Shown: positions 37,420-47,416 of the stretch, in pieces | Layout of the letters: every line of letters begins with the position of its first letter | How positions within the stretch are numbered: the first letter of the stretch is position 1 | Sequence record: SRR20825019_2740 | Length of the DNA: 49,578 bases | Direction: 5' to 3' (one strand) | Program-made: the position numbers and the translations under genes | Notes under the pieces: generated by a model | What the model was told of the DNA's origin: nothing | The model's input: the letters and a program-made list of their open reading frames with translations, nothing else | The model's database searches: none

Positions 37420-38463
37420 ATGTTGAAGGCATTTCGTTCGCGATGGCAGCGCTGGGTCAACCAGCGGATTCCGCGAGCCGATCAGCGAATATTCGGACAG
37501 CGCAATGTTTTTATCCTGCCCACGGGTGCCGGGGTGGTGTTTGCCGGTTTACTGTTGATCATGCTGATTACCGGAATTAACTACCAGAACAGCCTGATAT
37601 ACATGCTCACATTTCTGTTGGGCGCAGTAGTTGTTGCGGCCATGCACCAGACCCACCGCAACCTGTCGGGGCTGGAACTGACACTCATACAGGCCGGTGA
37701 TGGCTTTGCCGGCGATACGATACCCTTCCGTTTAAGGGCTGTGTCGCCCCGTCATGATTCGCTGGCGATATCCCTGTTCTGCGATGACAGTCAACTCGAA
37801 AACCAGCACGTGCCAGCCGGGCAGCAGGAGGATATGACCCTGGCGATACCGTCCTATCAACGTGGCTACCTGCAGCCGGAACGTATCCGCGTGGAAACCC
37901 GCTTTCCTTTTGGCCTTTTCAAGGCCTGGTCCTGGCTGCGGCCGGTCACGTCCGGCATTGTCTATCCAAACCCTCTGGCCGCCCCGGATGTGACCAGCAC
38001 GGTTCAGGACGGAGAGGAGCAATCGAAGGCCCGCTCGACGGATGGGAATGACCATGCCGACATTCGGCCCTGGCGGGAGGGGGATCTGAGCCAGAGGGTT
38101 CAGTGGAAACGATACGCCCGTACCGGTGAGATGGTGATTACCGATTGGGAAGGTGAACAGGGCAGCCCCCACTGGCTTGATTACGACGCTTTCAGGGGCG
38201 TGGACCGTGAGCTGCGCCTGGGTTACCTGGCTCATCAGGTGATGGAACGGGCCCGCAAGAACAGCCGTTTCGGGTTGAATCTGCCGGGGCAGGTGATTGA
38301 ACCTGACACCGGTGCTGCTCACGCCAACCGGTGCCTTAAGGCGCTGGCCATCTTTGGCCTTGAACAACCAAGGGAAGGTGGTCCTCTGCCCCATGGTACC
38401 CGCTCCGAAGAGGTTGGGAATCGGACCTCTGCGTCGTCTGGTTTCGGGGAGGGACGGGCATGA
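37420..38463 (+). CDS. DUF58 domain membrane protein
   Basis: FILPTGAG TM pair, INYQNS, RFPFGLFKAWS, IRPWREGDLSQRVQWKRYAR. Confidence 0.85.
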   Translation: MLKAFRSRWQRWVNQRIPRADQRIFGQRNVFILPTGAGVVFAGLLLIMLITGINYQNSLIYMLTFLLGAVVVAAMHQTHRNLSGLELTLIQAGDGFAGDTIPFRLRAVSPRHDSLAISLFCDDSQLENQHVPAGQQEDMTLAIPSYQRGYLQPERIRVETRFPFGLFKAWSWLRPVTSGIVYPNPLAAPDVTSTVQDGEEQSKARSTDGNDHADIRPWREGDLSQRVQWKRYARTGEMVITDWEGEQGSPHWLDYDAFRGVDRELRLGYLAHQVMERARKNSRFGLNLPGQVIEPDTGAAHANRCLKALAIFGLEQPREGGPLPHGTRSEEVGNRTSASSGFGEGRA

Positions 38464-40538
38464 TTCGCAGGTTCCTGAGTAATTCGCCGAGTTCACGCTC
38501 CTTACAGGCTGCGGAATTGGTATCGGGCCGCGCGTTGATATGGCTGATCGCAGGCTTTGGGTTGTTACTGATTCCCCAGTGGGACCGATTGCCGATCTGG
38601 CTGGTGGCCAGTTGCGCTGTACTTGCTGGCTGGCGGTGGCTGGCGCAATCCGGGCAGGTCAGGTTACCGGGAAGGTGGATGCGTACCGGGATCATGCTGG
38701 TACTGGTGGCCGTTTATATCGCAACTGTGCAGGGGCGTTTCACCGTTGATACTGCGGCGTCGTTTTTTGTGCTGGCGGTGGGGCTTAAATGGCTTGAGAC
38801 CCGATCCACCCGGGATTTCTATGTGCTGTTTTTTATCCTGGTGTACCTGGCGACAGTCAACTTTCTGTTTCATCAGGAGATTCACTGGAGTGTCATTAAC
38901 ATTGCGGGCGTTGCCTTATTGTTAATCGGCCTGCAGGTGGTGAATGCGCCGGAAATTCCCGGTGCCATGAAGAAGGGATGGCGGCGCTTGGGGCTGATGC
39001 TGGTTAAGACCTTGCCGATTGTAGTGCTCCTGTTCGTGTTCTTCCCGCGCATGTCGCCGCTCTGGAGTGTGCCGCTGGTTTCCGGCGAAGCCCGAACTGG
39101 AATCAGCGACACCATGACTCCCGGTGATATCTCGAGTCTCGCCCAGAGCAGTGAGCGAGCCTTTCGCGTCACCTTTGGCGGTGAGTTACCGGCCTACCGG
39201 GACCGATATTGGCGCGGGCTTATCCTGGATCGCCTTGACGGAGACACTTGGCAACAGGGCCTTGGAAAGCCGTTTCGCCGGCTTGGCCGTGTTGACGTTG
39301 ATGGTGGCGTAGGGCCGCTCGGGCCCAACCAGTACGAGGTGTTATTGGAACCCACGGACCAGACCTGGGCCTTTGCTCTGGAGAACTCCAGGGCGGTCTC
39401 CAATAATGTAAAGCAAACGGATGAGAATCTGTTCCGGTTTGACCGGCCGGCTGACAGCGCGGTCCGTTACCGGATGGAGTTGGTCGGGAACCAAACAACG
39501 GAGGATGCCAGTGCGGAGCCCGATAACCTTCAGCGTTATCTACAGTTACCACAAAGCGGCAACCCGAGGGCAAGGGCGTTCGGGCAACAACTGGCTGGCC
39601 AACACGACAACCCTCAGGCAGTGGTGCAGCAGCTTCTGACCCGTTTCCGGGAGCAGGCCTATTTCTACACCCTGCGCCCACCCGCTATGCCCGTGGATGG
39701 CATCGACAGCCTGTTATTCGATGAAAAGCGGGGTTTCTGTGCCCACTACGCCGGGGCTACCACGTTTGTGTTGCGCGCAGCGGGTATTCCGGCCCGAGTG
39801 GTGGTCGGATATCAGGGTGGGTCACCCGGCGCAGATGACGAATATCTGATTGTGCGGCAGTACGATGCCCATGCCTGGGTGGAAGCGTGGTTCCCCGGCC
39901 AGGGTTGGGTGCGGGTGGACCCGACAGCTGCCATTGCTCCCGAGCGTATTGAGTTTGGTCTACGGGAGGCGGTGGCTGAGGAAGGCTCGTTCCTTGAGAA
40001 CGATTGGACATCGCCACAGCGCTACGGCGATTTGGCGATGCTGCAGTGGGCTTCCCTGCAGCTCGATAAGATTAATTACCACTGGCAGCGCTGGGTTGTC
40101 GGATATCAGGGGCAGTCACAGATGGACCTGATGTCGCGTTTGCCTGGAGGGATAGGAATGCGGGAGCTTGGCTATATTACCGCGGGCATTGTCGGTATGG
40201 CGCTGTTACTGGCGGGTTTGGTTACCGCCTGGCAGTACCGTCGCGTGGAAAGCCGGGACCCGCTTGGTCGTCTCGTCAGCCGCTGGTATCGGTTGTGTGA
40301 CCGTTCGGGAGTGCCTGTACGTCACGGTGAAACACCCTCCCAACTGGCCTCAAGGCTTGCCCGGGCAAAACCCGCGGCGGCCGGCACAGCAACGGCTTTT
40401 GCCCGATTGATCAACAAACATTACTATGGCCGGGGTTCCGAAACCGGTCATCATGGCGAACTGGCGAAAATGAAGCGATTGCTGGCCACGATGAAACGAC
40501 AGGCGGATCGACCGTCAACCAGTTCATCAAAGGGGTGA
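38460..40538 (+). CDS. TgpA-like transglutaminase (DUF3488 TM domain + TGase domain)
   Basis: Multi-TM N-terminus, LFVFFPR, YWRG; triad Cys (GFCAHYA), His (DAHAWVE), Asp (RVDPT). Confidence 0.9.
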   Translation: MIRRFLSNSPSSRSLQAAELVSGRALIWLIAGFGLLLIPQWDRLPIWLVASCAVLAGWRWLAQSGQVRLPGRWMRTGIMLVLVAVYIATVQGRFTVDTAASFFVLAVGLKWLETRSTRDFYVLFFILVYLATVNFLFHQEIHWSVINIAGVALLLIGLQVVNAPEIPGAMKKGWRRLGLMLVKTLPIVVLLFVFFPRMSPLWSVPLVSGEARTGISDTMTPGDISSLAQSSERAFRVTFGGELPAYRDRYWRGLILDRLDGDTWQQGLGKPFRRLGRVDVDGGVGPLGPNQYEVLLEPTDQTWAFALENSRAVSNNVKQTDENLFRFDRPADSAVRYRMELVGNQTTEDASAEPDNLQRYLQLPQSGNPRARAFGQQLAGQHDNPQAVVQQLLTRFREQAYFYTLRPPAMPVDGIDSLLFDEKRGFCAHYAGATTFVLRAAGIPARVVVGYQGGSPGADDEYLIVRQYDAHAWVEAWFPGQGWVRVDPTAAIAPERIEFGLREAVAEEGSFLENDWTSPQRYGDLAMLQWASLQLDKINYHWQRWVVGYQGQSQMDLMSRLPGGIGMRELGYITAGIVGMALLLAGLVTAWQYRRVESRDPLGRLVSRWYRLCDRSGVPVRHGETPSQLASRLARAKPAAAGTATAFARLINKHYYGRGSETGHHGELAKMKRLLATMKRQADRPSTSSSKG

Positions 40539-40542
40539 ATAC

Positions 40543-41568
40543 GTGAACGCATCCATAGCAACCATGGCATGGCTTGAAGACGCCTGGAGCCGACTGCTCC
40601 AACGCATCGCCGGCAACAGGATGCCCCATGCCCTGATGGTGACGGGCGAGAACGGCGTGGGAAAGCGTCTGTTTGCCAACGCGCTGGCCGGGTTGCTGGT
40701 CTGTGAAAAGGCGGATATGGACGCAGGGTCCCCTTGTGGCATCTGTAAGCAGTGCGAGCTGGTTGCCGCGGGCACCCATCCGGATATCCGAATTTACGCA
40801 CCGGAAAAATCACGGATGATCAAGATTGATCAGATTCGTGCGTTGTCCGCATTCGCGGTCGGCTCTCCCCAGGTGGCCTCCCGCAAGGTGGCCATTATTG
40901 ATCGGGCGGACCAGTTGAACATCAATTCCGCCAACGCGTTGCTGAAAACCCTGGAAGAACCCGCCGAAGATGTGGTGCTTCTGCTGCTGCAGGAGAGTGG
41001 CAGGCCGGTATTGCCGACGATCCGTTCCCGCTGCCAGAGTTTGCTGATTGCTACGCCGGACAGAGATCAGGCTGCTGGCTGGCTGGCGACGGCGGTCAAA
41101 GCGATGGATGGCGACAACAGACCAACGCCGGAGCAATGCGCCAAGGCGCTGGTACTGGCAGCCAATGCGCCGCGGCTGGCCCTGGAATATGCTACCGGAG
41201 AGTTTATTAGCCTGCGGGATGAGGCGTTGGACAACTTCCGCCATTTCATGAAGGGTCAGCTCACTCTTTCCGAGGCTGCAAAGCCGTTCAAGGCAATGGG
41301 GCTTGAAAGTGCTCTATGGCTATTTGAAGGCTGGGCTGGTGACCTGGCCCGCATCAGTGCCGGGGGGCAGCCCCGGGATGCGGAAGCGGCGGACATGTTA
41401 ACGTTCCTTGCCAGAAACAATCCTTCCTGGCGGGCCCATGAACTCCTGGATGCGATCCACGAGTCCAGGTCTGCCGGCGTTTACAACGTGAACCCTGAGT
41501 TGGAAGCGGGCCGATTGCTGATCGCATGGCAGAAACTCATGCCGCGCCGCAGGCCAGCTGCGGGATAA
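40543..41568 (+). CDS. holB: DNA polymerase III subunit delta'
   Basis: PHALM, zinc site C...PCGICKQC, HPD, IKIDQIR, ANALLKTLEEP, LPTIRSRC. Confidence 0.92.
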   Translation: MNASIATMAWLEDAWSRLLQRIAGNRMPHALMVTGENGVGKRLFANALAGLLVCEKADMDAGSPCGICKQCELVAAGTHPDIRIYAPEKSRMIKIDQIRALSAFAVGSPQVASRKVAIIDRADQLNINSANALLKTLEEPAEDVVLLLLQESGRPVLPTIRSRCQSLLIATPDRDQAAGWLATAVKAMDGDNRPTPEQCAKALVLAANAPRLALEYATGEFISLRDEALDNFRHFMKGQLTLSEAAKPFKAMGLESALWLFEGWAGDLARISAGGQPRDAEAADMLTFLARNNPSWRAHELLDAIHESRSAGVYNVNPELEAGRLLIAWQKLMPRRRPAAG

Positions 41569-41679
41569 ACGGAGTGACCAATGGCGCGGCAGGATAGGGC
41601 AGTGATTAACAACTACTGCTATGATTGCGGAATATCAGGAGTTTATTGACTTCGGCTGCTACCAATCCGGTTGCTTTCG

Positions 41680-41715
41680 ATACAGAGCTATCAATACAGA
41701 GCTATCAATACAGAG
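41680..41715 (+). repeat. 14-bp tandem repeat ATACAGAGCTATCA, ~2.6 copies
   Basis: 41680-41693, 41694-41707 and partial 41708-41715, directly before the AAAGG RBS of pilZ. Confidence 0.85.
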
Positions 41716-41728
41716 AAAGGTGTTTACT

Positions 41729-42079
41729 ATGGGGCCTGGTTTTGGCGCACGCAGTGGCATTCTCACGCTGACCATCAAGGACAAGGCGGTACTCTACGCC
41801 GCCTACATGCCTTATATCCGGCAGGGCGGGTTGTTTATTCCCACGCAAAAACAGTATCAATTGGGCGATGAAGTGTTCCTGTTGCTCAACCTGATGGATG
41901 AGCCGGAAAAAATCCCCGTGGCGGGCAAGGTGATCTGGATTACCCCGAAGGGTGCCCAGGGCAACCGTGCAGCGGGCATTGGTGTGCAGTTCGATGGTGA
42001 AGACGAAACCGCGCGTACCAAAATCGAGTCCTACCTGGCGGGTTCATTGAGCTCGGATCGACCCACCCACACTATGTAA
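41729..42079 (+). CDS. pilZ: Type IV pilus assembly protein PilZ
   Basis: GILTLTIKDKAVLYAAYMPYIRQGGLFIPT...GKVIWITP...GIGVQF...RPTHTM; follows holB as in Pseudomonas. Confidence 0.92.
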   Translation: MGPGFGARSGILTLTIKDKAVLYAAYMPYIRQGGLFIPTQKQYQLGDEVFLLLNLMDEPEKIPVAGKVIWITPKGAQGNRAAGIGVQFDGEDETARTKIESYLAGSLSSDRPTHTM

Positions 42080-42087
42080 GCGCTTCA

Positions 42088-43005
42088 ATGAACGACACCA
42101 TTCTGGAAACCCCACCTGATACAACAATGACGTGTCGGGAAATCAACTGGTCTCTTAAACACATCGACCTGGCAGGCCTGCACTGGCCCGCTGCCACGGC
42201 CTCTGAAACCTGGCCGGTGCTGATGATCCACGGCTGGCTGGATAACGCCCTGTCATTCGCCAGATTGGCCCCGGCGTTGGCGGGAAATCGCGATGTGTAC
42301 TCCCTCGATATGGCTGGGCACGGGCGTTCCGGGCACCGGCCTGAAGGCCAGGGGTACCAGTTGATGGATTATGTGGCGGACCTGGCAGAACTGGTTGAGA
42401 CCCATTTCAAAGACTCGCCGAAAGGGCAGATTGATCTGGTGGGTCATTCACTCGGCGGGATTGTCAGCGTGCTCTACGCGGCGGCGTTTCCGGAACGGGT
42501 GCGTCGGTTGGTCATGATCGACAGCATTGGACCGATCAGTCGTAAACCGGATGAGGTGATCGATCAGATGCGCAAGTCGATCATCAAACGAATGACGGGT
42601 TCAGGGAAAGCGGTCGTATACCCTGACATAGAGTTGGCAGCCAAGGCTCGGGAGGGTGGCATGATCCCCCTGTCGCCAGCAGCCGCGAGAATGCTGGTAA
42701 CGCGGAGCATGAAGTCTTCCGGTGATGGTTTCGTGTGGCAAACCGATCCGCGTTTGCGCCATCCATCGATGATAATGATGGACGAAGCGCAAGTGACCGC
42801 TTGCCTGAAGAAAGTAGTCACGCCAACACGTTTCCTGCGTGCGACGCAGGGGCTCCTGGCCAGTCGCCCGGAACTTGATTCACGTTTGGATGCGATCGCG
42901 AACCTGGATGTGGTGGCCGTGCCCGGAGGCCACCATTGCCACCTGGACGGGAATGTTGAACCCGTCATTGATGCAGTCAGAGGCTTTTTAGACGATGCAG
43001 AATAA
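42088..43005 (+). CDS. Alpha/beta hydrolase
   Basis: HGWLDNA, GHSLGG nucleophile elbow, PGGHHCH. Confidence 0.88.
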   Translation: MNDTILETPPDTTMTCREINWSLKHIDLAGLHWPAATASETWPVLMIHGWLDNALSFARLAPALAGNRDVYSLDMAGHGRSGHRPEGQGYQLMDYVADLAELVETHFKDSPKGQIDLVGHSLGGIVSVLYAAAFPERVRRLVMIDSIGPISRKPDEVIDQMRKSIIKRMTGSGKAVVYPDIELAAKAREGGMIPLSPAAARMLVTRSMKSSGDGFVWQTDPRLRHPSMIMMDEAQVTACLKKVVTPTRFLRATQGLLASRPELDSRLDAIANLDVVAVPGGHHCHLDGNVEPVIDAVRGFLDDAE

Positions 43006-43897
43006 GCGCTTGTCGCAGTCAGTAGTGTGGGTCGCCGCCATGTTCATGGGGTTTTCGACCATGGTGTCGGCGCAAATGCCACCGCCGGAACCGTTTCCGG
43101 AGGCGCGCCTTGATCAGGAAATCAGCATCAAGTCGCCGGGGCACCTGGTGTTGTTCAGCCCGGTTCGTGAGGTGAACAACGAGATCCGCTCCGCGTCCAT
43201 GGCCCGGCTCCCGGTCAAGGGCGTCGGGCAGTTATATGAAGTCCAGGGCGGTGCCAACCGGGAAGAGGCTCGCGATCACTATCTAAGGGAACTGCAGGCC
43301 CGTGGCGCCCAGATACTGTTTGAATGTTCCGGAAGGAATTGCGGGCGCAGTAACGTGTGGGCCAACCAGATTTTTGATCAATCCAGTCTCTATGGGCGGG
43401 ACAACAATCAGGACTATCTTGTTGCCGGTTCGGTCGATGAGAATGGCCAGCCGTGGCTGACGCTGGTGTATACGGTTACCCGCGCCAACCAGCGCCAGTT
43501 TGTCTGGGTTGAACATTTGGTCGCGCCTCAGGGAACTGATATTCCGGGAATGGGCAACGAAAGCGCCAGAATCAAGGGGCCGGTGATTGTGCCCTGGCAG
43601 GGTGGCATCACCTACCGCTTTGAGTGGAGCGGTGCCGACCGGCGCATCATCAATGACTGGGCCGGCGACGCTGAAGCCCGGGTAGTACTGACGGCCTATT
43701 CCCAGCTCAAGGATAATGAAACCCTGGAAGCGTCTATGGAGCGGGCAGAGGCTGCAGCGCAGTCACTTTCCCAGGTGTTGGCCAAAAGTGGCGTTTCCGA
43801 AAGCCGCCAGATGATCATTACGGTTGGCCCCACGGTTGTGATACCAAATCCCGATCGGCAAGGTGACCGGGTTGAAGTGATGGTGATTACGAGGTGA
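42995..43897 (+). CDS. DUF4892-like exported protein
   Basis: Signal peptide; LFECSGRNCGRSNVWANQIF motif; degenerate OmpA-like tail DRVEVMV. Confidence 0.7.
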   Translation: MQNKRLSQSVVWVAAMFMGFSTMVSAQMPPPEPFPEARLDQEISIKSPGHLVLFSPVREVNNEIRSASMARLPVKGVGQLYEVQGGANREEARDHYLRELQARGAQILFECSGRNCGRSNVWANQIFDQSSLYGRDNNQDYLVAGSVDENGQPWLTLVYTVTRANQRQFVWVEHLVAPQGTDIPGMGNESARIKGPVIVPWQGGITYRFEWSGADRRIINDWAGDAEARVVLTAYSQLKDNETLEASMERAEAAAQSLSQVLAKSGVSESRQMIITVGPTVVIPNPDRQGDRVEVMVITR

Positions 43898-43902
43898 AGG
43901 GA

Positions 43903-45108
43903 ATGAACAGGCCATCCGGGACAGAGCTTCAGGACGAAGATCAGAAGCCGGCAGACGATATCTCCCAGATTGTCACGAGCACCGGAATATCCGCTGCTCA
44001 GTCGGCGTCCGAGAAAGGCGATCCCCGGCCGACGGCTCCCGGCAAGGGCAAGACCGTAGCGCTGACTCTTGGCAGTGGCGGGGCCAGGGGCTATGCCCAT
44101 ATAGGTGCGATCGAGATACTGGTGGAAAGAGGCTACGACATTGTCGCCATTTCCGGCTGTTCCATGGGAGCCTTGATCGGGGGCGTGTTTGCAGCCGGCA
44201 AGATGAAGGATTACAAGGACTGGGTAACTGGCCTGGGCCAGTTCGATGTGCTGAAACTGCTGGATGTGACTTTTAGCTCCGTCGGCGCCATTCGTGGAGA
44301 AAAGATATTCTCCGTGGTGCGGGAAATGATTGGAAATACCCGAATTGAAGACCTTCCGATCGCCTATACGGCTGTGGCGACGGATCTCCTTGCCCATAAG
44401 GAAATCTGGTTTCAGGAAGGGCCGCTGGATCAGGCCATCCGGGCGTCGGTTGCCATACCCAGTGTGGTGACGCCTCTGGTGTTGAATGGCCGCGTGCTGG
44501 TGGACGGCGCCTTGCTCAATCCACTGCCGATCATTCCGACCATTTCCTCCCATGCCGATATGATTGTGGCCGTAAACCTCAGTGGCGAAGATGACCGCGG
44601 GCGGCGATTGCCGGATGCGGCGTTTGCAAACCCTGACGACGATGATACCGAGGAATGGGTCGAAAAAATCCGTGATAAGGCCTCCCGCTGGTTTGACTGG
44701 GATGCCCTGAAGACCTTCAGTACCAAGAAAGAGGGTGGTTCGTCGGCTTCACCGGAAGAGAAAATCAGCAAGGCGGTGGCGAAGAACGAGCACAATAAAA
44801 AGACGCCCGCGATAAAATCGGAACCGAAGAAACATCAGGATGATCACGAGACTATTGACTGGGATAAGCTGGGTATTGGTAAGTTCGATGTCATGAACCT
44901 GACCGTCGAAACCATGCAAAGCGCCTTGGTACAATACAAGATCGCTGGGTATCCACCCGATTTGCTGGTGAACATTCCCAAGAACGCCAGCCGCAGCTAT
45001 GACTACCACAAGGCGCCCGAATTGATTCAGCTTGGACGGGAACGTATGGCCGCCGCGTTGGACCGGTACGAAGAGAACCAGAACAGCTCTGGCCCGATGG
45101 CGATATGA
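43903..45108 (+). CDS. Patatin-like phospholipase (RssA/NTE family)
   Basis: [30 protein letters not shown]. Confidence 0.88.
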   Translation: MNRPSGTELQDEDQKPADDISQIVTSTGISAAQSASEKGDPRPTAPGKGKTVALTLGSGGARGYAHIGAIEILVERGYDIVAISGCSMGALIGGVFAAGKMKDYKDWVTGLGQFDVLKLLDVTFSSVGAIRGEKIFSVVREMIGNTRIEDLPIAYTAVATDLLAHKEIWFQEGPLDQAIRASVAIPSVVTPLVLNGRVLVDGALLNPLPIIPTISSHADMIVAVNLSGEDDRGRRLPDAAFANPDDDDTEEWVEKIRDKASRWFDWDALKTFSTKKEGGSSASPEEKISKAVAKNEHNKKTPAIKSEPKKHQDDHETIDWDKLGIGKFDVMNLTVETMQSALVQYKIAGYPPDLLVNIPKNASRSYDYHKAPELIQLGRERMAAALDRYEENQNSSGPMAI

Positions 45109-45202
45109 CCCTGAAACCGCAATTGCGGCGGTGGGCTGCAGCCTGTGCCGGAAAGAGCGTATAATTCAGCGCCTTGATCATTTCCGAACAGGACGAGCGT
45201 GC

Positions 45203-46087
45203 GTGAGTAACCCCATTGATGACCTGCATACCGTCAGAGACTACCTGAGGTACGTTTCTTCTCGCTTTGCCGATTCGCCGCTTTATTTTGGCCACGGCAC
45301 GGACAACGTGTGGGATGAGTCTGTGCAACTGGTTATGCGTAGCCTCCATTTGCCTCTGGAAAACAATACACTGTTCCTGGATGCCCGGCTGACCCGGGAA
45401 GAACGAGCGTTGATCCTTGATCGCATGCAACGCCGTATTGACGACAGGGTCCCCTTGGCTTATCTGTTGGGTGAAGCCTGGTTTATGGGGCTGCCATTTC
45501 ATGTGGATGAACGTGTGCTGGTGCCGCGTTCACCATTGGGAGAGCTGATTCAAGGCGGGTTGCAACCCTGGTTGGGTAACAAGCCCGTGGGCAGGATCCT
45601 GGACTTGTGTACTGGCAGTGGCTGTATTGGCATTGCAGCCGCGAGCGTATTCGAGGACGCCGAGGTGGACCTTGCGGATATCTCTACCGACGCCCTCGAC
45701 GTGGCCGCGGTCAATATCGATTATCACGAGGTTGGTGACCGGGTAAGCACCGTACGGTCCGATGTGTTCGATGGGCTTGAAGGTCGATACGATGTCATCC
45801 TCAGCAACCCTCCCTATGTGGACGCTGACGATATTGCGGATATGCCGGCGGAGTATGGCCACGAACCGGAACTTGGCCTTGCTGCCGGGGGAGATGGGCT
45901 GGACATCGCTCATCGGATACTCGCGAGGGCAGCCGATTACCTGAACCCGGGTGGCCTCTTGATTGTTGAGGTCGGGAATAGCTGGGTGGCGTTGCAGGAA
46001 GCCTATCCGGATATGCCGTTTACCTGGCTGGAATTTGAGAATGGCGGCGACGGTGTGTTTCTGTTGACTGCTGAAAACCTACATTAA
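45203..46087 (+). CDS. prmB: 50S ribosomal protein L3 N5-glutamine methyltransferase
   Basis: [41 protein letters not shown] start at 45203; TATAAT near 45160; upstream of aroC. Confidence 0.92.
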   Translation: MSNPIDDLHTVRDYLRYVSSRFADSPLYFGHGTDNVWDESVQLVMRSLHLPLENNTLFLDARLTREERALILDRMQRRIDDRVPLAYLLGEAWFMGLPFHVDERVLVPRSPLGELIQGGLQPWLGNKPVGRILDLCTGSGCIGIAAASVFEDAEVDLADISTDALDVAAVNIDYHEVGDRVSTVRSDVFDGLEGRYDVILSNPPYVDADDIADMPAEYGHEPELGLAAGGDGLDIAHRILARAADYLNPGGLLIVEVGNSWVALQEAYPDMPFTWLEFENGGDGVFLLTAENLH

Positions 46088-46111
46088 ATACCCTGGATAA
46101 GATACTGAATC

Positions 46112-47206
46112 ATGTCGGGAAATAGCTTCGGAAAATTGTTTACGGTGACCAGCTTTGGTGAGAGCCACGGGGCTGCGCTCGGATGCATAATTGATGGTTG
46201 CCCTCCGGGGCTTGAGCTGTCCGAGGCTGATATGCAGCGGGATCTGGACCGCCGCAAGCCCGGCACTTCGCGTCATACCACCCAGCGCCGGGAAGCGGAC
46301 GAAGTGAAGATCCTCTCGGGGGTGTTCGAGGGTAAGACCACTGGCACCCCCATTGGGTTGGTGATCGAGAATACCGATCAGCGCTCAAAGGATTATTCGA
46401 AGATCGCGGAGCAGTTCCGTCCTGCCCACGCCGACTATACCTACATGCACAAGTACGGTGTTCGGGATTATCGGGGTGGAGGTCGGTCTTCTGCACGCGA
46501 GACAGCGATGCGGGTCGCCGCCGGTGCCGTTGCACGGAAATTTCTGGAGCAGCGCCTTGGTATCACGATCCGGGGTTATCTCTCCCAGTTGGGACCGATC
46601 CGCATTGAGAAGATCGATTGGGATCAGGTTCACCAGAATCCGTTTTTCTGCCCGGATGCCGATAAGGTGCCGGAGATGGAAGCCTATATGGATGCCCTGC
46701 GCAAAGAGGGCAATTCCATCGGTGCGCGTATCAATGTGGTCGCTGAGGGCGTTCCTCCCGGCCTGGGTGAGCCGATTTTCGACCGGCTGGACGCGGACCT
46801 GGCTCATGCGTTGATGAGCATTAACGCGGTGAAGGGTGTTGAGATTGGAGCGGGCTTTGGGTGTGTTGACCAGAAAGGCACGGAGCACCGGGATGAGTTA
46901 ACCCCTGAAGGGTTCCTGTCGAACCATGCCGGTGGTGTTCTGGGCGGAATTTCGTCGGGGCAGCCGATCCTGGCCAGTATTGCGTTGAAACCGACGTCCA
47001 GTTTGCGGTTGCCGGGGCGGAGTATTGATGTTCACGGTGATCCCGTGGAGGTGATTACCACGGGGCGGCATGATCCCTGTGTGGGCATTCGTGCGACGCC
47101 GATTGCGGAGGCGATGATGGCCATTGTGTTGATGGATCATTATCTGCGTCATCGTGGTCAGAATGGGGATGTCTCGGTCTCTACCCCGAACATAGGCCAA
47201 CTCTGA
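46112..47206 (+). CDS. aroC: Chorismate synthase
   Basis: [40 protein letters not shown]. Confidence 0.97.
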   Translation: MSGNSFGKLFTVTSFGESHGAALGCIIDGCPPGLELSEADMQRDLDRRKPGTSRHTTQRREADEVKILSGVFEGKTTGTPIGLVIENTDQRSKDYSKIAEQFRPAHADYTYMHKYGVRDYRGGGRSSARETAMRVAAGAVARKFLEQRLGITIRGYLSQLGPIRIEKIDWDQVHQNPFFCPDADKVPEMEAYMDALRKEGNSIGARINVVAEGVPPGLGEPIFDRLDADLAHALMSINAVKGVEIGAGFGCVDQKGTEHRDELTPEGFLSNHAGGVLGGISSGQPILASIALKPTSSLRLPGRSIDVHGDPVEVITTGRHDPCVGIRATPIAEAMMAIVLMDHYLRHRGQNGDVSVSTPNIGQL

Positions 47207-47224
47207 CCCCAGCCGCATACACCG

Positions 47225-47257
47225 GTAGGTCGGATTAGGCGAAGCCGTAATCCGACA
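47225..47257 (+). repeat. GTAG-type REP palindrome
   Basis: GTAG + GTCGGATTA-GGCGAAGCCG-TAATCCGAC just downstream of aroC. Confidence 0.7.
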
Positions 47258-47298
47258 TTTATCAGATCGTATCAACTCGACTGATAGTACGGTGCACA

Positions 47299-47403
47299 CC
47301 ACAGCAAGCAGGGCCTCTCAAAACTCGCCGCAAGTACGTCCATGTAGGCTCGGTCGGGCCATCCCTGGCCCTCCACGGTTTTGAGAGGCCCTGCTTGCTG
47401 TGG
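47299..47403. repeat. Structured intergenic repeat: 26-bp inverted arms enclosing two small hairpins
   Basis: Arms 47299-47324 and 47378-47403 are perfect reverse complements; the core TACGTCCATGTAGGCTCGGTCGGGCCA recurs at 49551-49578. Confidence 0.8.
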
Positions 47404-47416
47404 CGGTCGGTCTTCT

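Noticed and set aside
45032-45202. N-terminal extensions in the ORF track for prmB (also vwa, pilZ, fadD, MFS, LysR)
   Set aside because: They overlap upstream genes, promoters or repeats; downstream starts with an RBS match family N-termini better.
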